Source of the DNA: a virus
Lineage: Duplodnaviria; Caudoviricetes
DNA length: 34,982 nucleotides
IMG/VR virus record: IMGVR_UViG_3300020045_009671
Coordinates: 1-34,982 of that record
Reading direction: 5' to 3' (one strand)
This document shows positions 26,708 to 34,982 of this stretch, piece after piece. The position numbers and the translations under genes were made by a program. Positions within the stretch are counted from its first letter, which is position 1; each line of letters begins with the position of its first letter. Under the pieces are notes generated by a model. That model had not been told where the DNA came from, searched no databases, and worked only from the letters and a program-made list of their open reading frames with translations.

Positions 26708-27076
26708 TTAAATGGGGAGACTAGTTGTCAAACAAATACGGGATGCCGCATCAATCGGCACCCCACCGGGAGCATAGTAGCTTGGCGTAGTACTAGCATC
26801 AGTAGCCAAGCAACCATTAATTGTATATGGTAAACCGCCTACAGTGTAACCAGCAATTGCACCGATGGCATCAGTCAAAATTGCGCCAGTATTTGTGTAG
26901 GCAAGGCCATTAACAAATACTTCAGGATTATACCCGCTTGCAAAAGGTGCTACTACAAGCTGGGCCAAATCGTTAGCCGGGGTGCCGCCATTGAAATTAA
27001 TAGTAGCTATAGGCAATGTCACAACAGAGAGTGCTCCGTTAGCAGCTTTGCCAATTAGTGTACCATTAAGACTCAT
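26708..27076 (-). CDS. Small repeat-containing putative virion protein
   Basis: GLxYT..G repeats; paralogue of 27082..27420. Confidence 0.65.
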   Translation of the reverse strand: MSLNGTLIGKAANGALSVVTLPIATINFNGGTPANDLAQLVVAPFASGYNPEVFVNGLAYTNTGAILTDAIGAIAGYTVGGLPYTINGCLATDASTTPSYYAPGGVPIDAASRICLTTSLPI

Positions 27077-27081
27077 AACTA

Positions 27082-27420
27082 CTACTCAGTACTAGCAAAC
27101 GCAAGCTTGCCAGTAGAAGTATATGGCAGTCCAGCTTGATGATATGCTACTGTAGCTACAGTGTCAATAGCAACTGCACCAAGCTCATTAATGGGTAGGC
27201 CGCCTGTAGAGTGTTCGACTACAGTTCCTGCCGTTTGCACTGATAACTTGCCTGAATTAGTAAAGGGCATTCCATTTGCCCACTGTTGCGGACTGTTTAG
27301 GTCTACAGACAATATACTACCAAGAGAAAATCCGACGCCGGCATTAAAGAAAACAGGTGCGGAAGTTGTATTCCGCACCTTTCCAAGCGCATCAAACAAG
27401 AGTACGCCTGTATTCAGCAT
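27082..27420 (-). CDS. Small repeat-containing putative virion protein
   Basis: GMPFT..GKL, GLPIN..GAV, GLPYT..GKL repeats. Confidence 0.65.
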   Translation of the reverse strand: MLNTGVLLFDALGKVRNTTSAPVFFNAGVGFSLGSILSVDLNSPQQWANGMPFTNSGKLSVQTAGTVVEHSTGGLPINELGAVAIDTVATVAYHQAGLPYTSTGKLAFASTE

Positions 27421-27423
27421 CGC

Positions 27424-27831
27424 TTAGACCGTGAAGACCCAGAAGAACGAGTTCGCCGGGATTACCGTACCAACAGGAATAGGCGTTTCGTAAGCCGCAG
27501 CAGTTCCTGCAGTTGCTACGCCACCAGCTGTAACAGCAATAGTCTGATCAGCACCTACCGTTAGGCTGGCCGTATTGCTGACCCAACGGGCCAGTTTGCC
27601 GGTTGCTGCGCCGAAGTTGCTATTAACCGTAATACCGCCAGACGCCGTGTAATCTTCGTCAAGCACATTGCGGTTATAATATAGTCGCGGGTTGTAGTCG
27701 GCATTGCTACCGCAGCCTATGTAGCTGTCCTGTCCGTTAGGAAAGGTAGCATCCTGTACGTACGTACCAATGCTCAAAATCTTGTTAGTGTTAGCCAACC
27801 CGATTGCTGCAGCAAGATTTCCAACGCTCAT
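27424..27831 (-). CDS. Putative capsid decoration/cement protein
   Basis: Directly after the major capsid gene, AAGGAG RBS, Ala/Thr/Gly-rich, ends FFWV. Confidence 0.55.
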   Translation of the reverse strand: MSVGNLAAAIGLANTNKILSIGTYVQDATFPNGQDSYIGCGSNADYNPRLYYNRNVLDEDYTASGGITVNSNFGAATGKLARWVSNTASLTVGADQTIAVTAGGVATAGTAAAYETPIPVGTVIPANSFFWVFTV

Positions 27832-27853
27832 AATAACTCCTTATCAGGTTAGG

Positions 27854-27913
27854 TGGGGGACAAGGCGGACTCGAACCGCTCATGACCAATAGGCAGCCCC
27901 AGGCGTCCCCCCA
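27854..27913 (-). ncRNA. tRNA-like structured element (T-arm plus acceptor-like stem)
   Basis: GCGG-TTCGAGT-CCGC inside a TGGGGGGAC/GTCCCCCA closing stem; only 60 nt. Confidence 0.45.
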
Positions 27914-27920
27914 TGATTGA

Positions 27921-28940
27921 TTAGGTGTTATCCATCCGACCTTGGAACTGGAGACCCGAGCTAGTCAGGTTACCAGCCCAAGCCAAGATTTGCACTGCAG
28001 CGTCTTGGTTGACGCTGTAGCGCTGACCCGGCGACAGAGGCACCATGTTACGTTGCGCATGCGGACGATAGAACAGGTACTTGGTATTCAGGAAGTACGC
28101 GCTAGTCGCCGGGACCGACGAAGGAGTCGTGCCAGCTGCACCCGTCGAAGTCCAATTGATTTGCATACCACCGTCAAGCACCACGTCCGCGTCCATGTAC
28201 TTCACGCTAACGAAGCCCAGTTTGGCCGTTTCAGTATCAGTGAAACGCTGGATGTTTTGCAGCGAAGCCATGTAGAACGACCACAGGATGTTATCAACCA
28301 TGATCAGGTCAGGGCGGTCGTTACCACGAACCAGCGAAGACCACATACGGTTGAAGTAGTTCTGGACATTCGAGGCCGAAGCAGCCGCGCCGCCAGTCGT
28401 GGTCATGCGGAAGTACTGGTTCTTCCAAAACAGCCACGTACCACGATCGATACCACCAACCGTATTCGTGGGGGTCGTGCTAACTTGTTTCAGCAAGCCG
28501 TCGATCTGCTTACCACCAGCGGCGGTACCATCAGAATACAGACCCGAGGAAATCAGGTTAGCCATCGAGCTCTCAGCGACGTCCAAACGCGCGTCAAGCA
28601 GGTCAATGATACGCTCTTTACCCGCGTTCTGCAGTTGCTCGAGACCAGAGATGGTCACCGGGCAAGCAGCTTGCTTGATGACGTACTCAGCCGAGCTGAT
28701 GACGTCTTGAGCAGCGATCGGCAGGGTCTCATAACCCGAATACCAACCAGCGTTACCGTTCGAAGCAAACGAGAGTTCTTGAAGAATCGTGTTACCGCCA
28801 GAGAACGTCTTGATGTTGCCGCGTTGCTTCAGCTTCATCAGTAGAGCATTATTGCTCGTGACGTTATCAGCGATTTGACCAGTACGAGATTGGATCGTCG
28901 TAGCAATGACGTCCGAGATTGCACTATTAGCGAATGCCAT
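27921..28940 (-). CDS. Major capsid protein
   Basis: 339 aa after the scaffold; IADNVTSNNALL, GGNTI, YSGYE, IDGL, YFLNTKY; AGGAG RBS. Confidence 0.9.
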   Translation of the reverse strand: MAFANSAISDVIATTIQSRTGQIADNVTSNNALLMKLKQRGNIKTFSGGNTILQELSFASNGNAGWYSGYETLPIAAQDVISSAEYVIKQAACPVTISGLEQLQNAGKERIIDLLDARLDVAESSMANLISSGLYSDGTAAGGKQIDGLLKQVSTTPTNTVGGIDRGTWLFWKNQYFRMTTTGGAAASASNVQNYFNRMWSSLVRGNDRPDLIMVDNILWSFYMASLQNIQRFTDTETAKLGFVSVKYMDADVVLDGGMQINWTSTGAAGTTPSSVPATSAYFLNTKYLFYRPHAQRNMVPLSPGQRYSVNQDAAVQILAWAGNLTSSGLQFQGRMDNT

Positions 28941-29077
28941 TATTGGCTCCTAAGGTAGGTTGACTAGCCGGTACCCGGCGCGAGATTGGAAAAGGCGCTG
29001 GAATCGAAGTAGTCTGACTATGCCCAAGCGGAAACGATGCTGGCCCGAGGATGTTACGAACTACGAATAGTATCATA

Positions 29078-30127
29078 TCAATCCCCTAGTGCATCGAATG
29101 CCGCAGCGATAGTGGCCCTACGATCAGTAGCTTGCGCTGCCCGTGACATAGACCCTGATGGTGCTCCGTTAACAGACGAAGATGCTACTTTAGCGCGCTG
29201 GGCTCGTTGAGCTGCTTGCTTCTGTTGCTCGATCTGTTTCGCAGATTCCAGTTGCTGGGCTAGTTGCGGATCAGCTGCAATTGCACGATTATACGCCGTT
29301 TTGAGGTCCAATGTGTGGCCTCGACGGGCGCTGATTTCGACTAAATCGGCCATTGCATCACGGACCTGCTCAAAGTATGGATACGCCTTAGTATCAGCCT
29401 CCATATCTTGAATCTGTGTAGTAAATGTCTTCTCGGCTTCTTTCTGCGCTGCAATCTCGCGAGCTTCGTAGCTTTGCAGTTTCTGCTGAACGGGGGCCAA
29501 CCTCTGATCAAGAAGCTTGGTCAGACGCTGCTCCTCGAGAGCTTCTGGGTTTACTTGACCGGCAAGCACGCCATCGAGCGTACTAATATCAATGTCGTAG
29601 TCAGTAATGAGCTTAGCTATGAGCTGCGCGCGTTGATGCTTAGAACCATTAGCGAGTTGGTAATCAGCTTTAAGCAAATTCTGGAACGCTGCAATAGGAT
29701 GAATTCCCATCGCCTGAAAGCGGGGAGCAAAGGGTGCGGCAACCTCAGCGAACTGCTTTGCAAACTGCCGAGCACTAGTAGTCTCGTTCAGAGTTCTCGT
29801 AATCTCGCGTTCTCTACGGATAACCTCTTGTCGGACTTCGGGGTCAACAGAAGCCCATTTGCTTTTTGTACCGGCTTTCCAGGCTTGTGGTGCTGGATCG
29901 GTATCTTTTACAGGTTCTGGCTTGGCTTCTGGAGTCGTGGTTGCTTCAACTTGCTCCTCGCTTGAAGCTTCAGTTTCTGGCGTAGTTTCCGCAGCTTCCG
30001 TGTTTGTTTCAGCAGGAACTTCTGGCGAAACAGTAGCTTCAACGACTTTAGCACTGGTGTCTTCACTTGCGTCTTTCTCTGCGGCTTCAAATGCGGCTTC
30101 GATTGTGGCGCGACGATCTGGTTCCAT
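29078..30127 (-). CDS. Capsid scaffolding protein
   Basis: Acidic disordered N-terminus, APQAWK..W, helical; DRRATIxAAF at both termini. Confidence 0.8.
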   Translation of the reverse strand: MEPDRRATIEAAFEAAEKDASEDTSAKVVEATVSPEVPAETNTEAAETTPETEASSEEQVEATTTPEAKPEPVKDTDPAPQAWKAGTKSKWASVDPEVRQEVIRREREITRTLNETTSARQFAKQFAEVAAPFAPRFQAMGIHPIAAFQNLLKADYQLANGSKHQRAQLIAKLITDYDIDISTLDGVLAGQVNPEALEEQRLTKLLDQRLAPVQQKLQSYEAREIAAQKEAEKTFTTQIQDMEADTKAYPYFEQVRDAMADLVEISARRGHTLDLKTAYNRAIAADPQLAQQLESAKQIEQQKQAAQRAQRAKVASSSVNGAPSGSMSRAAQATDRRATIAAAFDALGD

Positions 30128-30130
30128 GAT

Positions 30131-30451
30131 TTACCTGTAATGTTGGTTAACAAGCCTAATAATCTGCTCTTTACGAGCTACTTTGTCCCTACGTATGTCA
30201 TCGGGATGTCTTTGGTTGGAGTTCGCAGTTAGTGTTGGCAGCCCCTTAAGGTCAGCATTAGGGACAACATTATGGCGATCACAGTGATCCCTAAGGCCAC
30301 GCCGACCGCTATAAAGTCGCCCATCGATCGGAGAAACAAAGTCAGGCAGGTCCGGAAGAACATTCGGACCTGTACGAGAATCGTCCCTACGCGGTTCAGT
30401 ACCTTTTTCATAGAGAACCCCATTGATTTGAACGTAAGATGTACGTGTCAT
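30131..30451 (-). CDS. Conserved hypothetical protein between portal and scaffold
   Basis: PDFVSPIDGRLYSGRRGLRDHCDRHN motif. Confidence 0.7.
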   Translation of the reverse strand: MTRTSYVQINGVLYEKGTEPRRDDSRTGPNVLPDLPDFVSPIDGRLYSGRRGLRDHCDRHNVVPNADLKGLPTLTANSNQRHPDDIRRDKVARKEQIIRLVNQHYR

Positions 30452-30612
30452 TGCGAACTCCGCTTCCCGCCTAGTCCATTACGTATCTTGCAGGCCCACG
30501 AATTCGAAATGCCTAATTGATCTGCAAGCTTAGCACAAGACTCTTTAGACGTTCTAATTAGGTTTACTAGCTCCGCTTGAAGCTGTTTTGGCTTTGATTT
30601 TGGCTTGCTCAT
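30448..30612 (-). CDS. 54-aa HTH protein overlapping the portal 3' end (not in ORF track)
   Basis: MSKPKSKPKQLQAELVNLIRTSKESCAKLADQLGISNSWACKIRNGLGGKRSSQ; GGAGAG RBS; ATGA-coupled to the next gene. Confidence 0.65.
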   Translation of the reverse strand: MSKPKSKPKQLQAELVNLIRTSKESCAKLADQLGISNSWACKIRNGLGGKRSSQ

Positions 30613-32659
30613 TGGCACTCTCCAGTTTAACTGCAGCTTGTTCCTGAGCTGCTTGAAGTTTGATACTATTCATGATGGCTTCGAACTGCATTTGTTGCTG
30701 CTGGCGTTGCTGCTCCATAGCCATTTCCATTTCGAGGCGCTGACGTTCCAGAGCCATCTCCATCTGCTTCTGCTGCATTTCCATAGCAGAAACCTGCTTA
30801 TCAATCTGCAGTTCCATTTGCTTGGCTTGCATCGTCATTTGATGCTCTTGCTGTGCCATCTGTTGCTCAGCTTGCAATTTCATCATCTCCGGATCAGGCT
30901 TCGGTTGCTTAGGCATCGAAGCTTCCTTGATCATACGATCAAGTTCCTTGTCGATGATACCCTCAATGTCCCGCGCGTTACGAAAACCAGCAACAGCCCA
31001 CTTGAGCATAGTCAGCAACAGAGGCACAGAGGCGGGGGCAGATTGAACCATCGGTCCGAATTGTGCCATGAACTTGGTCATCATAGCCATGAACTCAGTA
31101 CGGTCTGTCTTCTCTGCAGCGTAGTCTGCTTGTGACAATGTATCTGCATTGACCTCAATACGCCACTCGAAGCCCTCCTCACTTTGGAGCAGCTGAATCG
31201 CGGGGCCGATGAACTGCTGCTCGCCCGTAGCTAGAATGTTACTCTTCTGGATGAGAACCTGCGGTTCAAAGTGCTTAACCATGATTTCCGCTTTGATGCG
31301 CATGATATCACTTGCAAAGCGCGCAACCTCGTCTTGGAGCTTCTTGATACGAACAGAAGCAAATTGCGCCTTGATTTGCTGGGCACCAAGGGTCTCAGAC
31401 GCCTTCGAGGCACCACGTACAATATCCGCAATGCCTGTAAGTTCATAGATTTGGCCCTTTATTGCTTCCCGCGCAACACCTAGTTGGTTAAGCGCTGTAA
31501 CAACAGACTCAAGCGGGAGCCAATCGATTTGACCTTTGAGGCCACCTTTCTCAGCAAACATCGCCCAATTATCAACAGGGATGAGCTGATTGTCAAATCC
31601 CTCCGTAAGCATACGACCAACACTAATCGCAGACTTATCATAGACACCGATGACCTTACATGCTTGAATGAGCATCGAGATGCGGTTATTGATAGTATCT
31701 AGCTCGCTATACTGGTCCTGAATCATGTAGTAATCAGGACGGAACGTCGTGTTAGACGTCGAGGTATTGGCGAGCATTGGCCGAGGACATGGTTCAAAGC
31801 CCTTAAGACCGAGGAAGTCGTCCTTCTCATCGAGCAGTTTAGAGTATCCTTTGACATACCAAACTACTTTGCGCGTAGTGCGGTCCCAAATCTCATAGAC
31901 AATGGCCTTCTTAAGAACATCTTCCTTGGGGGTAGAATTCAGGTTGTCCCCGCGCGCAGATACCACAGTGAAGTTTAGTGGAACCTCTTTGCCGACGATC
32001 TCACCGAACCGCTTAATGAGTTCCTCGCGCATCATGTAGACTTTACGGCCTACCCAACGACGCTCTTCCCAGACACGGCAAGGCGACCACAAGAAGTCCT
32101 TCCAGAAGACGTAGTCAATATGGACTTCCTGGTCCACAATCTGCTCTGTCTCGCTCGTCGTAGTCTCAGCAAGCTCTTCGATCGTCTCAGCGCCTACTAG
32201 CCCAGGAGTGGGGGGCAAACTGATCGGCTCGGTCCTAGTTTCAAGCCTCAACCATGCAGCAGCACAGCCCGGAACAAGACGATCTTGGACACAATGCCGC
32301 ATTACTGCGTCAGTCGTATCCTCAGGATCGTCTAAGTCCTCTGTGATAGCACGCTGTAGTATCGTAGCGGCAACGCGCGCTACGTCGTCATTATAGTCTA
32401 CGTACTTCCGAGTTACAGTAGGCTTTGGGAGTTGCGCGTAGAGCGCTGATTCCAGAATGTTCGTGTTGGCATAGAAGATATTGAACCACTTGCGGTCGGC
32501 TGTAATGACATCGCGGTCATCAAGAAACCGCTTATTCGCCATCTCGCCACGTTCCCACGCCTTTTTGAGTTCTTTCTCAGCTGCTTCGACCTCCGCGGCC
32601 CATCGCTCTACTGGCGACAGATCGTTGAAGTCCGTAATAACCCCAGTAGTACTAGTCAT
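30554..32659 (-). CDS. Portal protein
   Basis: 701 aa after the terminase; long Gln/Met coiled-coil C-terminus (P22-like barrel). Confidence 0.88.
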   Translation of the reverse strand: MTSTTGVITDFNDLSPVERWAAEVEAAEKELKKAWERGEMANKRFLDDRDVITADRKWFNIFYANTNILESALYAQLPKPTVTRKYVDYNDDVARVAATILQRAITEDLDDPEDTTDAVMRHCVQDRLVPGCAAAWLRLETRTEPISLPPTPGLVGAETIEELAETTTSETEQIVDQEVHIDYVFWKDFLWSPCRVWEERRWVGRKVYMMREELIKRFGEIVGKEVPLNFTVVSARGDNLNSTPKEDVLKKAIVYEIWDRTTRKVVWYVKGYSKLLDEKDDFLGLKGFEPCPRPMLANTSTSNTTFRPDYYMIQDQYSELDTINNRISMLIQACKVIGVYDKSAISVGRMLTEGFDNQLIPVDNWAMFAEKGGLKGQIDWLPLESVVTALNQLGVAREAIKGQIYELTGIADIVRGASKASETLGAQQIKAQFASVRIKKLQDEVARFASDIMRIKAEIMVKHFEPQVLIQKSNILATGEQQFIGPAIQLLQSEEGFEWRIEVNADTLSQADYAAEKTDRTEFMAMMTKFMAQFGPMVQSAPASVPLLLTMLKWAVAGFRNARDIEGIIDKELDRMIKEASMPKQPKPDPEMMKLQAEQQMAQQEHQMTMQAKQMELQIDKQVSAMEMQQKQMEMALERQRLEMEMAMEQQRQQQQMQFEAIMNSIKLQAAQEQAAVKLESANEQAKIKAKTASSGASKPN

Positions 32660-33984
32660 GCAATTCTCCGTGTTTCCTTGAAGCGCCAGGAATTGTCTTC
32701 AAAGAGTGTTTCTAGATTGTAGCCCTCAGATGGGCCTAGCGCGGCGCCTCGACTTGCAGCGACGGCTGAGAAACCTAGTATTGCGCAAGCCATAGCAACG
32801 TAGCGAAGGCAATCGCAGTAATCAGAAGCCCAATCATGTAGCGGTACATCACTAAATAGCATCAAATTATCGTTCCATTGCCGCCGGTAGGCTTTCATTG
32901 CCTCAAGGAGGTCACCAGTTGTGCTGGTATCAATAGTGATGGTGGGGAACAATCGACGTACAGCGGCAATTCCATCGCGTACCTTGTGATTGGGGACAAT
33001 TCGAGGAGTAATACCCTCTTTGATGAACTGTTCAACAATTGATCTACCAGTTTGTAGATTCTTAGCTCTGGCATCGTGGGGGAGGAAGACATCTCCGATT
33101 TCTCCAGGGAAGGAGTGCAGTTTCTCGATGTGGTAGAAGATATCCACGCCAGCTGTCATCTCGCATGCTACGATACGAACATTGCCTTCTTTGCCTAACT
33201 GGAACCAAATACAGACTGTAGCATCTGTAAAACCTAAGTCAAACGCGCAATGCACAGGGAGCGAAGGGTCATACAGTCCACCCGGGACAGTTCGCCCCTC
33301 CATAAAGAGCGTATTCACCTCGCTAGCGTAGATTGCGCCTTTCAGTGCTGAATCAAAACTACATAAATACTCTTGCGCAAACTCCTCAGGATCCATGTCC
33401 TTCTGGAGCTCTGCCAACTCACGGGGCGATATGATCCCAGATGTATCAGCAGGTAGACTTAGATAGAACCAATCACTCGGGTTGTTCTTCGCTTGTTGAC
33501 AAACGTCGTAGAAGAGGTTCTTTCCGCGGGGGGTCGAAGCAAATATCGCCCATCCATGACGATCAGAAAGAGCAGGACGAATAACTTGACTAAAAACTGA
33601 AGGTTTGAAAAGTGCGTACTCATCAGGTACACAACCATCCAAGTACATACCACGTAGACTATCTGCGTTATCAGCACCGAGAACGTAGATCGTGGCATCA
33701 TTTTTCAATGTTACCTTCAACTCGGCTTCTTGGGGCGGCTTGCTAAGATACGGCTCGGCGTAGTCTTTGAGATATGCCCAAGCCACTCGCTTAGCTTGGC
33801 TGTAAGTAGGGCCGACATACGCCAGTTGTGGTTTATGCAGTCGGCATTCAAGGGCACCATAGATAAGGTCATTAACAAGAGCGACAGTTTTCCCTGCGCG
33901 TCGGTGGGTGTTAATGGTCGCCCAGCGTTGCTTCCGATTGTGGAGCGGGATGAACTGCTCTCGTGGGACATATTTGAGCGCCAT
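32656..33984 (-). CDS. terL: Terminase large subunit
   Basis: HRRAGKT Walker A, LRG..LDG..DE Walker B, STPRG, DLG..D nuclease, HDWASD..D. Confidence 0.95.
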   Translation of the reverse strand: MALKYVPREQFIPLHNRKQRWATINTHRRAGKTVALVNDLIYGALECRLHKPQLAYVGPTYSQAKRVAWAYLKDYAEPYLSKPPQEAELKVTLKNDATIYVLGADNADSLRGMYLDGCVPDEYALFKPSVFSQVIRPALSDRHGWAIFASTPRGKNLFYDVCQQAKNNPSDWFYLSLPADTSGIISPRELAELQKDMDPEEFAQEYLCSFDSALKGAIYASEVNTLFMEGRTVPGGLYDPSLPVHCAFDLGFTDATVCIWFQLGKEGNVRIVACEMTAGVDIFYHIEKLHSFPGEIGDVFLPHDARAKNLQTGRSIVEQFIKEGITPRIVPNHKVRDGIAAVRRLFPTITIDTSTTGDLLEAMKAYRRQWNDNLMLFSDVPLHDWASDYCDCLRYVAMACAILGFSAVAASRGAALGPSEGYNLETLFEDNSWRFKETRRIA

Positions 33985-34979
33985 TACTTGTGACCGACCT
34001 GCATCTCATGCGCCATAATTGCAGCCGTGGGGTCACGGAATGGATCAAAGTCCGGATGGCTGAACTTGTCAGCAGCGAATTGAAGTCCGCGGCGCTTTGC
34101 AGCTTTCTCAAGTAGATTAACCATGTCGCTAGACATCGCGTTTGTATCTGCAATGACCCCTGCGAAGTTCTCTGGGTTAATCTGAACAGGACCCCAGACC
34201 TTATTCTCTGCGTAGTCGGTCTTGGTTCTACGGAGCTGCTGTGCTATTCGCCGCGCATGCTCGATGCCCGCCGTACCGTACCGTGTATCACCGCGTATTG
34301 CTTGTTGTAGCGCGGCATTAACAACGCGGTCTTCGCCTATTGTTGCCGGGTTCACTTCAAAGTTCTTTGCGTTTGGTACGCGCTTCTTGAACCAGTCTGC
34401 AACATCGCCATAAACGTCCTCATGCGACCAACCTTTTTCTAGGCGCGTAGCTCCATACGGTGAATCCTCGAACTCTTTGAATGACTTAAACCGAGGCCCG
34501 TAGGACAACCCACGAAGCTGCATCACACTAGGCCTACCACGTTCCCATAGCATGGGGGAGCCACCGATGCGGAACCCGCCTTGCCCGTCCTGCGGAAGAC
34601 CTTGTACCATGGACTTCTTGGCAGAAATCTCAGACCCGAGGCCTCCTGCGCGGAACGACGAGACCATTTTGTCTGCATTCCGTGTGTCAGCAGCCTGGCG
34701 CAATATAGACTGTATCTCCTGCTGGGAGAACTTCGTTAGGTCTAAGTCTTCGAGCAACTCATCCGCGCGTAACCCCGCTGCTTTATCCCATCGTGGGGTA
34801 TACGCATCCATTGCGTGGAGCGTGGCGGGGGACTTAGCTGGATCAAACTTCCCGAGCTGTGGGATTAGCTGTACGGGGCCGAACTCCGTCATCAACTCTT
34901 CGTTACTCAGTTTCTGAACAGCTTCTTCGTTCTTCATAATCAGAGCACGACAAACTTGACCGACATTGACTGTAGACAT
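33984..34979 (-). CDS. Hypothetical protein, possibly 5'-truncated by the window edge
   Basis: 331 aa, TAATG-coupled to terL; FGPVQL..FDP..DAYTPR and YAENK motifs. Confidence 0.65.
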   Translation of the reverse strand: MSTVNVGQVCRALIMKNEEAVQKLSNEELMTEFGPVQLIPQLGKFDPAKSPATLHAMDAYTPRWDKAAGLRADELLEDLDLTKFSQQEIQSILRQAADTRNADKMVSSFRAGGLGSEISAKKSMVQGLPQDGQGGFRIGGSPMLWERGRPSVMQLRGLSYGPRFKSFKEFEDSPYGATRLEKGWSHEDVYGDVADWFKKRVPNAKNFEVNPATIGEDRVVNAALQQAIRGDTRYGTAGIEHARRIAQQLRRTKTDYAENKVWGPVQINPENFAGVIADTNAMSSDMVNLLEKAAKRRGLQFAADKFSHPDFDPFRDPTAAIMAHEMQVGHK

Positions 34980-34982
34980 TTG

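Noticed and set aside
27854-27913. Canonical tRNA gene or attP site
   Set aside because: Too short, no proper anticodon arm, and no integrase in the window; kept only as tRNA-like
27942-28844. 300-aa + strand ORF and other long antisense ORFs (22355..23179, 17167..17844, 29408..29965)
   Set aside because: Shadows of codon-biased genes on the opposite strand, with no recognisable motifs
28927-29076. 49-aa - strand ORF between scaffold and capsid genes
   Set aside because: Weak RBS, no motif and overlaps the capsid start; may just be the capsid leader
1-34982. Stop-codon reassignment
   Set aside because: Genes tile densely with the standard code, and TAA, TAG and TGA all end coupled genes

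Overview
The window is part of a dsDNA tailed-phage genome with podovirus-like morphogenesis genes and probably a Gram-negative host. The left arm (+ strand) carries replication genes: an SSB/recombination-type protein, a family A DNA polymerase split into two ORFs, a PD-(D/E)XK nuclease, VRR-NUC and a frameshifted SNF2 helicase. These are followed by a nucleotide-metabolism cluster: Nmad1-like protein, ThyA-family enzyme, MazG-like pyrophosphatase and dCMP deaminase. The right arm (- strand) runs terminase, portal, scaffold, major capsid, adaptor, nozzle, three ejection proteins, a short tail fibre and a cluster of accessory virion genes. Two signals stand out. (1) The ThyA homologue has Asp in place of the dUMP-specifying Asn (RSVDLCLGLPSD), the signature of a dCMP-modifying enzyme, which points to a 5-methyl-dC pathway or a dUMP-free route to dTMP. 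(2) The block around the early/late convergence point occurs twice as diverged copies (about 6936-11324 and 11829-15245), joined at a junction that truncates a gene on each side; this is either a recombinant of two relatives or a chimeric assembly. Also seen are a 48-bp repeated promoter, a tRNA-like element after the capsid gene, a conserved hairpin before a degenerate HNH gene and several small ORFs missed by the ORF track. All family assignments come from motif recognition by eye, not from database searches.
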